Assembly (NCBI RefSeq): GCF_964188315.1
Contig: NC_135658.1
Coordinates: forward strand, 60,574,001 to 60,638,000
Direction: 5' to 3'
DNA: 64,000 nt
Source of the DNA: Podarcis muralis
Lineage: Eukaryota
The notes under the pieces were generated by a model. The model had not been told where the DNA came from, ran no database searches, and was given only the letters and a program-made list of their open reading frames with translations. Shown piece after piece: positions 1-11,199 of the stretch. The position numbers and the translations under genes were made by a program. Positions within the stretch are counted from its first letter, which is position 1. Every line of letters begins with the position of its first letter.

Positions 1-260
1 GCCCCTGAACACTTGGTTTCCACCACACCAGTGTTCAATGCTGGTCAACTACCAAGCTGGCAGGTTGAGTTCTTACCTATCCTGAGTGCAATGCCATTCC
101 ATGGGCAAGGAATGACCGGGAAGATGAATTAATCCTTGCCCCACTGCCATGCCAAGCCTACTTACCTGTTGTTTCATCAATAAAGTTGTGCCCCAAATTC
201 ACCCAACACTGGTGTTATTCCCACTGTACTCACAAGCCACAAATATGTGACTGTCTGGGC
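1..260 (+). mobile_element. 3' part of a probable LTR of the same family as 52315-53103 (runs off the window start; right end approximate)
   Basis: CAATAAAGTTGTG at 178-190 followed by CCCCAAATT..CTGGTGT resembles the poly(A)-signal region of the other LTRs (CAATAAAGTTGTGGCCAATT..CTGGTCT). The terminus is not resolved. Confidence 0.4.
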
Positions 261-820
261 AATGCATTTTATTGTTCGCCCCCATGTCAAGATCAAATCT
301 GAAAAACATGACATCATTGGCTATAAAATGTTATGCAAATCTAAAGGCAGCTCAAAGGAATACAGACCAAATATCATTGGTCTGCCTTCACTTTCTCACA
401 GACTACATAGAATGAACAGGCAACTTAGTTTTCCTGGTGTGTTTCCACAATTGTAAAAAAATATGTTACATTTTAGTTTTCCTCCAATCTTATGTGCAAG
501 TAGCCTTCTGATCAGCACAGTACTCAGGCCACCTTTTGGCATCATGCCCGCACTTGTCAGCAGTACATTCTTTTCTGCATGACTTTGATAAAACTGGGGC
601 AGTCTCTTCCTTATTTCACCAGGGATTAAGGGTCACACAGCAATGTGGATAGTGTCCTGGTTTGACATGAAGAATGTCTTTGGAACATCAGATTTCCTCT
701 ACATTTTCAAGGAGGAAGATTCTATTGGTATGCCCTAACTTTCAGTTGCATTTATACTTTGGAATATTACAGAAAGAGAAAGATCTTTCCAGCATGCCTC
801 CAATGAACCATTGCTACAGT

Positions 821-1549
821 TGAGAGTGGAGTAAGGTGAGAAAAAGCTGGACACCAATATTTGGAATTAGACAGGTCACACAACTTTACTGAGTGAGCAT
901 GGCATAGCTCCGCCCATGTGGAGAGCTCCGCTCTAATAATCCCTCCCAAAGAGTGGTCCAGCAAGACTGGCATAGATAGATAGCAGCTCACAGCACCTCT
1001 CTGCTACCACTAAGCTCAAGCCTGAGCTGACCTATGCCTGTTGGGTGATAACCCAATCCACTTGTGGGGAGAGGCAGGTATGAGACAGATTCTAAAGCTG
1101 CTGGTTGCACCCTTGAGCTGTTCCAGCCTCGTGAGCTTCTTCCTGCTATCCATAGCTGTCAACATTTCCCTTTTTTAAAGGGAAATTCCCTTATTCCGAA
1201 TAGGATTCCTCACAAGAAAAGGGAAACGTTGACAGCTATGCTGCTATCTTCCATTTCATCTGAATCTGCTAGGGACCTTGCTGCCCTCAGCACGTTAGCG
1301 GCATTGTCCACGTCCAGGTTTATGGTCCTTCTGCTGAAGTTGTGACGAACAAGAAAGAGAGATTCCAGCCAAAGCCAAACTGAACCAGTTAAACCAAAAC
1401 CCAGGGCCAAACTAGACATTTGCTACCAGATACATGACATGTAGCTACATGTCTAGTTCTTCCTCACAGGCATAGGGGAGCGAGCCTTATCAAAAAAGGC
1501 AGCACACAATGGGTGGGGGATAGGAAGCTTATCTCTTCTCTCCCCAACA
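821..1549 (-). mobile_element. Solo LTR (Gypsy/ERV type), interrupted by a hAT MITE
   Basis: TG...CA termini (minus strand starts TGTTGG) and a 4-bp TSD CAGT at 817-820 and 1550-1553. It carries the family 13-mer TTCGTCACAACTT (plus 1337-1349) and AGTAAAGTTGTG near its 3' end. Confidence 0.65.
1151..1240. mobile_element. 90-bp hAT-superfamily MITE
   Basis: 24-bp TIRs CATAGCTGTCAAC(A/G)TTTCCCTTTT with 1 mismatch. Perfect 8-bp TSD CTGCTATC at 1143-1150 and 1241-1248. Confidence 0.9.
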
Positions 1550-1688
1550 CAGTCAGAATGAAAAGCAACTGTTGAAAAAAAGTTCTCTCAGGGTTAAAAG
1601 TGTCCCACCTGTATTACTCTTACAAAAACTCTGTATCATTATCCTTCCATTGTTTTGCTCCTAAATTATTATTCCCCATATTTATTGG

Positions 1689-1690
<2 letters not shown>

Positions 1691-1724
<34 letters not shown>
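1691..1724. repeat. (GT)n microsatellite
   Basis: Direct reading of the sequence. Confidence 0.97.
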
Positions 1725-1726
<2 letters not shown>

Positions 1727-2725
1727 AGGCTGAAAAATAATAGCTTGCCTAAGGCCAGTTAGGGAGTTCATGGTAATAGAAAATATTCAAACTGGGACCT
1801 TCCTGATTAATAGCACATACTCTTCACCACTATACTGTTCTACAGCAGCTTGTTTTTGTTGTCGTTTCCGCAGCTGCTGCCAATAGCCTTTTAGGTTGAT
1901 AAGGAGCAACTGCTACAATTTAAACTAGCCACATTTTATAGCGGGGCTGCTGACATGTTTACTTCATTTTTAAGCAATTGACTCAATCATTCTGACTTTA
2001 TTTTCCTGGAATTTTTTTAAAAAAACAAATGTATCTTATTTCATAGCCATCTATCTGGCCTCTAATTGAGATTTTAATCATGTTCTAACCACGTTTTATG
2101 GTCCATCTGTGACATTTATGTGGTTGGCATACTATGGCCTAGATTATCATGTGTCATAAACCCCAAGCTACTTACCTGTAAAATGCTGACATCTATCCAT
2201 CGCATGCAACATTAATTGTATCACATTTCTAAAGCAAGGCAAAAAGCGGAAATGGAATTAATCTGTGCTTTATTCTGCATGTGGTAGTTCAAGCCTCCAA
2301 ATCTACTTCTATAGTTCTCTGTGTGGGTGTCAAATTGCAATTTTTGCCACTTTCATTTGGCAAAAGGGTTCTAAGGCTTCCGGGGGAGGCTCAAGTCTCA
2401 TCCAGGAAAAGCTCAAGTGAGTCAAGGAGAAAAGAGGGGAATCATGTATCTTTTATCCTAGCGTAGTCACTTTTTAGTGAAGGATCAAGAAATGCAGTGC
2501 AGACTGCTGAGTAGTGAATATTGAGTAGCTAATTTTTCCTGTGGTGTCTTAAGTGGAAGCAATTTGGGTACACAAAATGAAGCTTAACGGACTACATCTG
2601 CCTATGTGGTTTCTTTTTCTCCTCTCATCACTTCATTTTAAAAGAAAGCTTTCCCTTGATGTTTGCTTTAAATACATTTCCAAATACCACCATGACCGCT
2701 GCTACTGCTAACATTTGCATAGCGC

Positions 2726-3009
2726 CAGAGGTGCCAACTTACACCAAAGATTGAGGGGGTCGGGTAGCACGTGTGATGTCACGTGCATGATGACTGATGT
2801 TGCATGCCGTTTCAGGAAGAGCCAAGGGACAGAGCTGCAAGCAGTGGCCGGCAGCTCCTCCTCTCTTGCACTTGGCAGCCTTTCATGGCGGGAGGAGGTG
2901 GAGCCAACCACTGAAACTGCGCTTGGCTCTGTGCTTGATTTCCTCTGCCCCCTGATGGCAGGGAACATTGAGGGGCCAAAAATGCTTGGCCCCCTAGAAT
3001 TGGTGCCCC
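2726..3009. mobile_element. Degenerate hAT-like MITE
   Basis: Left end CAGAGGTGCCAACTT and degenerate right end AATTGGTGCCCC. Flanks CATAGCGC / CATAGCAC match at 7 of 8. The TIR type resembles 49215-49366. Confidence 0.45.
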
Positions 3010-3107
3010 CATAGCACCTTCACATGCTTAGAGTACTTCGCAACAGTGGTAACTTGGTATTATTTTCCTCATTGTGCATGGCACTACTGCGGCTGAGAAT
3101 GTATATA

Positions 3108-3334
3108 AAGTTAAAGGTACCCCTGCCCGTACGGGCCAGTCTTGACAGACTCTGGGGTTGTGCGCCCATCTCACTCTATAGGCCGGGGGCCAGCGCTGTC
3201 CGCAGACACTTCCGGGTCACGTGGCCAGCGTGACATCGCTGCTCTGGCGAGCCAGAGCCGCACACGGAAACGCCGTTTACCTTCCCGCTAGTAAGCGGTC
3301 CCTATTTATCTACTTGCACCCGGGGGTGCTTTTC
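3108..3334 (+). mobile_element. Sauria SINE, 3'-truncated
   Basis: AAAGGTACCCCTGCCCGTACGGGCCAGTC head and body are nearly identical to the full copy at 43242-43597. 11-bp TSD GAATGTATATA at 3097-3107 and 3335-3345. Confidence 0.9.
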
Positions 3335-5776
3335 GAATGTATATAGGACCATCCTATTGTATATATTGCATGAGAGAAGAAAAACTTTATCACCTATCCT
3401 TTGGAACTTGTACATACAGTACTGAATTCTTGTTATTCAACTACTCCCTTTCGACAGTAATCTGGACATGTTACTACTAATGTTTCATGGAAATCATTTC
3501 CCATGCTTTGAGAACGATTTTCTGGCACATATTTTTCAATCTCCTTGTTTTGTGCGCTAAAACACCCGAAGGCATATTGTTGTTTCTTTTGTCTGTAGAA
3601 GGAATTTGGGATAATCTTGGCAAGACACATTCCGTTGCTTGCTAAGCCCAGTCTAATGCACTAGGATCAGGGCTTAAATGGGGAAATATCTTGCAAGGAA
3701 AATCAATCTGCTAACTGCAGCCATTTATCTCTGTCATTGGGCAGGTTACCATTTCTTGTGAGGTAAAAGACTCCGAACACTGGCAAAAGGCTAAGTGCAC
3801 CAAAGTCAGCAGCAAATTTTCCTTTGGCCTCCTGGGAGTCTTAGTGTACCTCCATGACTAGTTTAAAAGAAGAGGTACAACTTGAATATCAAAGTTCACT
3901 TCTCTGGCATCGTTTATATGAAACCTTATGGAAGCTAGAATGGAGCTGGGGGACAAATCATCATCATCATGGAATGGTCATCTAAAGCACGGGACATTGT
4001 ATATCTGAACAGATTAACAATACGATCATATACAAGGAACTGACTCATAAGGCTTTTGCCTTGTTGGGATTCAGATTATTGGTCCACATCTAGCCTACCA
4101 CCAAGTCTAGGCACTGATCTCAGCCTTGCACACTTGCACCTGACACAGATGTAACAGTGTTGGGCATTGTCAGCATGGTTATGGCACCATGTTTCAGATT
4201 TCCTAATGATTACACCCAGTAGCTTCACGTAGATGTTAAATGGCACTAGTGATAAGATGGCACCCCATAGCATAACTGTCAAGAGACTGAGTATACTTAC
4301 CCAATGCCACGCTCTGAGATTGTCAGTCATTGTCTGTTTCTGAAATGAAGGGTTTGGTGTTTTCTCCAAGGAGAGTCTTGTTTGACATTTACCTGTATAT
4401 AGAACCTATGCTTTTATGAGAAGGAATAGGACTACAAACAGTGAGTTTGCATTAAAGGTAAGCTAATGAGCCATTTTATTGTTTCATTTTGTTTTATGAA
4501 AAGAGCAGGCTAGCTAACGATATTGGAAGGAAATCTCTTTACTGGATGCATCAACATGCACTATAATTTCCTAATCTTATATGCACACTCCATAAAGACT
4601 TAAGTTCTGTCCACAGATAGATGTTGTGAGAAGATATACTTACCCATCCCATCTGATGGGGTTACCCTAGGACCTTATTGTGAAGGGTGGACAAGAAATG
4701 GTAATATTAATAGCATTAAAAGAGCTGTCAGGAACTGATCATATGCATATGACTCCACTATTTCTTCATCTACACTGCTGATCATCAGCTGCAGGCATGA
4801 AAGACTAGGGGTTGTATCCAATGAAGTTATTACATTTGTGCAAGGACTTTTGCCTATGTAAGTTTGATCCTTATTCCTGTAACACACATCTTTTGTCACT
4901 ATACCACATGCCTTACTTCCTCTGAAATTTTTCATTAAAACTATTTAAATTGTGTTCGGCATTAAGAAACACTCATTAGAACAATTCCATACAAGATTGT
5001 GCGTGTGCTTTTTTTTTTAATCTCATAAAATCCATACAAAAGAAATATCATGTTTTAATATCTGCCTGAGGTCATTTTTTCCCTACCATATGTCCCTTGG
5101 CTGCCATCCAAGCCTGCCTCATTAAATCATATAACCCACTGAGTAGAATTTCTATTGATAGTTACCCTGTCATTATAATAAGCTTGACACTAATTGTACA
5201 CTGAATGGCATATCAAATATTATCTTCAAATGAATCACTAAGGTTGTCTGTTGCCTAGCTGCTATTTATTTGAGGAAGGATTGCATATTCTTTACAATAA
5301 AAAACCAACCCAGAATCCGTCTTCTCCCTGTATTCCTGCATATAAGCATTCAATTATATACTTATTTTGGATGACAATTTTACCATGCAAACTTATATTG
5401 GTTCATAACATTCTCATGAACCTTTGGAATTGAAGTTTGGTCAGGGGGCAAAGCATTCTCTGCTAGAGGTCCCTTCCTAACTGCTCCCTTCCACAGAGAA
5501 AGAGAATGACTATGACACCAGTTTATGGCTGTGCACACATTACTGGCTTAAAACTAGGACATACCTTTTCTCAATTCAGATTGAAGCACGTTTGGGAGAA
5601 AACATCATTTCTTAAGAAACTACTGGATATATATTGTTGTGGCTTACATGTTGTATACACCACTTCCCAAACCAGCGGTCAAGCACACTGGATGAAGAGT
5701 GGGCAGGAGCTATAGATATCTATCAAACTAAAAGGATCAGCAATACTACCTCCTTCTTCAAAAGTCCTCCAGTATA

Positions 5777-6115
5777 CAGTGGTACCTCGGGTTAAGAACT
5801 TAATTCATTCTGGAGGTCTGTTATTAACCTGAAACTGTTATTAACCTGAAGCACCACTTTAGCTAATGGAGACTCCTGCTGCTGCTGCTGCTGCTGCTGC
5901 GGCTGCGCCGCTGCTGCACAATTTCTGTTCTTATCCTGAAGCAAAGTTCTTAACCCGAGGTAATATTTCTGGGTTAGTGGAGTCTGTAACCCGAGGTGTA
6001 TGTAACCTGAAGCGTATGTAACCCGAGGTACCACTGAGGTAATATTTCTGGGTTAGTGGAGTCTGTAACCTGAGGTGTATGTAACCTGAAGCGTATGTAA
6101 CCTGAGGTACCACTG
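5777..6115 (+). mobile_element. Tc1/mariner (pogo/Tigger-like) MITE with a duplicated right end
   Basis: TIR CAGTGGTACCTC...GAGGTACCACTG with TA TSD. Internal 79-bp tandem duplication (5957-6035 / 6036-6114) and a (GCT)n tract. Confidence 0.9.
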
Positions 6116-6803
6116 TATTGTGAATTTTCTGCATGTGGGTTTGGTGGTGTACTCATGGAGGAGACAGGGATATTTTGAAGCTGTGCATCTCCCCATTCAT
6201 GCTCATGCACCCAGATCTAAAAATGTGGCGGGGGAAAGGGGGAGAGAACAGCAAGGCTATTCTCACCATTTCCATGAATCTATCTTGTGCAGATGGGATA
6301 TTGTGCTATTGTCATCAAAAAGTCAAAAATGCACTTGAGTGATGTTTTGGCTGATTGTGTGGGAAAGCCTTCATTAATCTCAAAGGATTTAAAGCTTTCA
6401 TCACTTTTATTTGGTTTCAGTCAGCACTATCCTAGGTCAGAATGCTACATGAAGAATTACTCAAAAGGTCATTTATTTTAATCAGAAGACACCCATACCA
6501 GCTGCAATACAAAGCAAACTCTGCCTCCGAGAATCTTGCTGTGTAAATACTAGCAGCTCCACCACAATTAATGCAATAACAACATACTGCATTACCCATA
6601 ATTACATCCATATTAGGAAAATAAACAGCTAAAGTAGTCAGTTACTTGCCCAAACTGTTTCCTGAGGGATATTTATTTTGACAAATATTCAAGTAAAAAT
6701 AAAAACCAATCTGGCTTGCTATAAAGCTTTTGGTTTTTTTTTCTTTTGGGAAACGTGCTTCAAAAAATAAAAATAACAAAGCATAATCTTAAAGCCACTG
6801 CAA

Positions 6804-6806
<3 letters not shown>

Positions 6807-6848
<42 letters not shown>
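6807..6848. repeat. (GT)21 microsatellite
   Basis: Direct reading of the sequence. Confidence 0.97.
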
Positions 6849-6850
<2 letters not shown>

Positions 6851-8126
6851 CACACACATGTATGCACAGACACACTCTTACATGCTAAAGCAGGGGTCAC
6901 CAATGCAGCACCTGTGTGTCCCACTGTGCCCTCCAGTACCTCTCATGGTGCCCTCAGCAGGTCTCAGTAAAGAACCCCTGAAAAATTCACGCTGCCTGAG
7001 AGCCTGTTTGCTCTTCCTGCTCCATTCCTGTTTGCACTGGCGCAGCCTCCCCTACATTAAACACACTCCCGTAAACATGCTTACATTTCATTGGATGCCA
7101 GAACTGGACCCCAAGCCTCCTATCCATTCTGAACAGAGGAGAGGTATAAAGTAGAGGTGCTACTCTCTGTGAGCTGCCCCTAAGGAACAGTTGCAGAGAC
7201 TGAAGGTCCCCACCTTCCCACAGCTGCCTCAGTCCATGACAGTCACAAAGTCTGCTGTGAACATGCAAACCATGGACAGGCCCATGTGGTGGTGTGACTT
7301 CTCAGAAATGGGGTGGCTGCATGAAGCCTACTTGGAATCCAGGCAACATTATCTTATATTCCATTTTACTATTCCATTTTACAAAAAAAAAAAGTCCACT
7401 GAAAATTAGCCTTAACTCACCATGTTCCCAATATGTTTGGTTGAAGAGTGGTTCTTCGCAACTCTCTGTGACTGCCTCAGGGTGAATGAAATGGAAGAGA
7501 CAGTGTGGCATATGAGTCAGAGTTCTGGAACACGGTTCAGCCTGGGCACTTTCATGTCCTTGTTCATCCAGCACTGCAAAGCTGTCTCTTTTTATGAAAT
7601 GCCGGCTAATGTACAACAGCAAATGACTCTAGCTGCCAAGGAAGCAAACATGACTAGACAGAGGCATATGTCTGCTAACAAACTGCGTTGGCTGATCGCG
7701 TCCTGGAATTGCTGCTGTCTCCCTTTTCGGAGCTTTCTGTCATGAAATTTTAAAAATGTTGGAGCCCACAGCCCACATTGATTTATGGGAGAAATGTTGC
7801 GAGGCTCAAAAGCTTGGAAGATTTACTGCTCAAGTAACTTCTACCCTTACTATTTAAATTTTATTTAGTGCCCATGGTGTGCTAGGCAGGGTGATAACAG
7901 AACATAAGTGACATGCTCTCTTGCTCAGAAAGGTTATGATGGGCATTAGATGCTTGGAAAATGGGAATGGAAGCGAGGCATGAGTGCGAGTTAAGGGCCC
8001 GAGAAATGAGTGATGAAAGGTAAAGGAAACACATGCATGCCGAAAGTGCTGAATTTTTATAATGGTTTATGAGCTTTAAGTATTGCTCTTGGTTGTTTCT
8101 ATTTTTATTTTTGGCTATGTTTTCCT

Positions 8127-8291
8127 CCTGTGTTGGAGGCAGCAGCCTCTGAATACCATTTGCTGGGAGTCACATGTGGGGAAAGTCCTTTGCACCCGGG
8201 TCCTGCTTGGGGATTCACAAACTAGGCACCTGGTTGGCCACCATGAGAAGAGAACATTAGACAGACCCAGCAGGGCCTTTCTTTTGTTCCT
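8127..8291 (+). mobile_element. Old CR1-type 3'-end fragment (approximate limits)
   Basis: GGCACCTGGTTGGCCACCATGAG...CAGCAGGGCCTTTCTTTTGTTCC is similar to the copies at about 37505-37728 and 58775-59015. Confidence 0.45.
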
Positions 8292-9200
8292 AAATTGCAC
8301 CACATTAGCAAAATTGTTTATGGTTCACACTTATTGTGAGGACTCTGTTGTGAAATGTGACCTAAATACATTATGGTTAACTAAATAGGCAAGTTAATGG
8401 CATTCACATTCCACTGGAGACGTATATCCAGAAGATTTGTCCTTTCCACAGTGATCTGTCCTTTATCTCAGTCCATCCCATTTTTGTCACTTGTGAAATT
8501 ATTACTTGGAAATATAGGCATATGCATGACTACACAACCCTGAACTGACTGGTGGGCAGCTTCTAAGTGTCAATGCTTTGAATAGCTCAAAAGATGACGA
8601 GTACAGCTTGGACAAAAAGCAAGGGAAGAGGCATCAAAATTTAGGTGAGAGGTTTGCATAGAAAGTAGCACACCGACATCTCCATTCAACTGGGAAGCAG
8701 GTGTTTGAATGCCCACACTCAGATGACTTATTTTCTATTTCTGATAACGAAGTCCACCCTCACTAAAACATGCCTCATTATATCTATCAGTTCCTAAGTC
8801 TAAATGCAGCTGTGTCATCCTTCTCACTTTCTGTGTCATATTCCTCCCCCTCTGGCAAGCACTCTGAGCATCTCTTCGCTGGGATGACATACAGGAGGGG
8901 AAAGAGAGGTTAGAGAATCTGCTTCACAAACATTTTATAGTTTTCATCTAAATCAGCCTCCTTCCACTCACCACCTCCCATCCCTTTCTGCAGATCTTAA
9001 TGTACAGATGGGTGAACTCAGTGGAATTGTGCTGTATTCTCCCCATTATTATTATTTTTACCATACATACGTACAACTATATGTTAGTGTATGTGGGTTT
9101 GAGCATACACTAGGACAAGAAAGGGTGAATTTAGGTGTGCTTGCCCCATACCTGCAGCTGGTTAACTGTGAGTCAGCAAATTTGCAAGAGTGAGTCAGAG

Positions 9201-9319
9201 CGTTGTTTTTATTTTGATTATATATATTGTGGTTTTATATTTTGATTTTGTTCTGTGAACTGCCCTGAGACCTCTGGGTATAGGGCGGTATATAAATTCA
9301 ATAAAAATAAATAAATAAA
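9201..9319 (+). mobile_element. L2-type LINE 3' end
   Basis: T-rich 3' UTR, then GTGAACTGCCCTGAGACC...AGGGCGGTATATAAATT and an (AAAT)n tail. Family assigned from recalled pattern. Confidence 0.6.
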
Positions 9320-9414
9320 GTATTAATATGTGTTTGTAGCAAGCTTACTCTCAGCCCCTGCCTAATCTATGTTGGAACGCTGCAAGGAGGACATGTTGCT
9401 GAGAAGACCTTATA

Positions 9415-9656
9415 CAGTGGTACCTCAGGTTAAGAACTTAATTCATTCTTGAGGTCCGTTTTTAACCTGAAACTGTTCTTAACCTGAGGTACCACTTTAG
9501 CTAATGGGGCCTCCCACTGCCGCTGTGCCGCCGTTGTGCGATTTCTGTTCTCACCCTGAAGCAAAGTTCTTAACCCGAGTTACTATTTCTGGGTTAGCAG
9601 AGTCTGTAACCTGAAGCATCTGTAACCTTAAGTGTCTGTAACCCGAGGTACCACTG
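9415..9656 (+). mobile_element. Tigger-like MITE
   Basis: TIRs CAGTGGTACCTC / GAGGTACCACTG, TA TSD, 242 bp, subterminal TGTAACCTGAAG repeats. Confidence 0.92.
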
Positions 9657-9901
9657 TATTACTTTTGCTGTCTGTTGGGGCAGACTGAGGTCAGATTACT
9701 TTACAATTGTGTGTAACTGCTAAGCTGAGGAACTGCATTGTACTTCAGACTACCTCTCAGGAAAGGAACTGGCCCTACCCAAACTGCCTGCTGTTTTTTC
9801 TTTGACAATCCCATTCTGGGTTTTCCATTTGCACAATCTGCTGGTGTGTTGGATGGGTATGCTGCACATGCCCCAACAAAATACTTTATTTGCATAAAAA
9901 A

Positions 9902-10065
9902 ATAAGAAGAACTTGCTGGATCGGGCCAATGGCCCAACTAGTCCAGAATCCTGTTCTCATAATGGGCAGTCGCATGTTATGGAAAGCTGTGAAGTAGACT
10001 TTGAGCACCTACGCCCTGTCCCTGCCTGTGATTCTCAGCAATTGGGATTCAGAAGTAGATTGCCT
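9902..10065 (-). mobile_element. Old CR1-type 3'-end fragment
   Basis: ATAAGAAGAACTTGCTGGATCGGGCCAATGGCCCAACTAGTCCAG is the reverse complement of the tail seen at about 58970-59015. Confidence 0.5.
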
Positions 10066-11199
10066 TCCCTTCCCATAGACCTCCAAGATCTCAAGCAGTT
10101 GTTACAGTGCTGTATTCCAGAAATTATTAACGCAGCACACATATTGAGTGGTGGTAATGAGGATGGGAAGGACTCTCACGGTTGTTGTAGTACCTAATTT
10201 CATAAAAAGTTATCAGTAGAAGAGCAGTGGAATTTAAGGGATGTTATAAAAACTAGGCCTGAACATAGGCTTCAAGGAGGAAGAGTTGGGAGGGCATGTG
10301 AGGTCACCATCTAATAACTTTATGAAGATTAATATTTTTTAAAATGAGAATCCGGATAAGGTATATGGACCCTTCTGGTTTACTGTAGAAGACTGGTTTA
10401 ATTATATTGAATGTCTGGAGCAGTATTTTGTAGTGCTCAGCCAAAGCCTGTTTTCCAATTTCACAGTATTCTTCACAGGAGAAGTGCCTTTTTCTGTTTT
10501 ATAGCCTTCTTCATAGGGAGTTTTAGAATTCCTTTATATTGTTGGTGGGTGTGACTTGAGCTTGCCTTGTTATTGCAAGGCATCCCTGGCTGGTGCTTGC
10601 TTTCCTTTCCAGTAAACATTTCTCCAGCACTCTACAGCTGCCCAGCTCCCTGAGCAGTCTGGTCTCAAAAGGCCTCATAGGAGAAGTTAACTTCATGGCA
10701 TTTTCCCTCATGACACGGGTTTTTTAATTGAAGTTTGGGAAGGAACTGAAGTCTGGTGGCTGCAGAGCACCTGAGGTCAGTGTGCTCAATGGTTTTGTTT
10801 TCAGTAAAGTCCTTTTTAAAATATTTATGAACAGATTACTTTAAAGGTAAAATGACATTACTTTATTTGAAAACAACAATAAATAGACATGTAGTAAGTG
10901 ATATCCCTGCTTTCTGGATTGCAGGAAAGTCCAGCCCAAGGACATTATGGGATTTTCAGGAAATGTGGGGTCCTATGAAGTCTATGGAATGCAGACCATT
11001 GGAGAAATGCTTTGTAGACTCACAAACACCCCGTGGCCACCTGGAATGTAAGTGAAGCACAACAAAAACATTGCATCTCACCCATGAGAATTTCACTGAC
11101 TATTTCTCTCCCCCTTCATAATTTTGGAAATGCATTTATTTTCGCATTCATTGTTGTGGGATGGTTGTAAAAATGCAGGAGAAGCGCTAGCATTTCCCA

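Noticed and set aside
5792-6034. Poly-Q/poly-A ORF
   Set aside because: Artefact of the (GCT)n tract inside a MITE.
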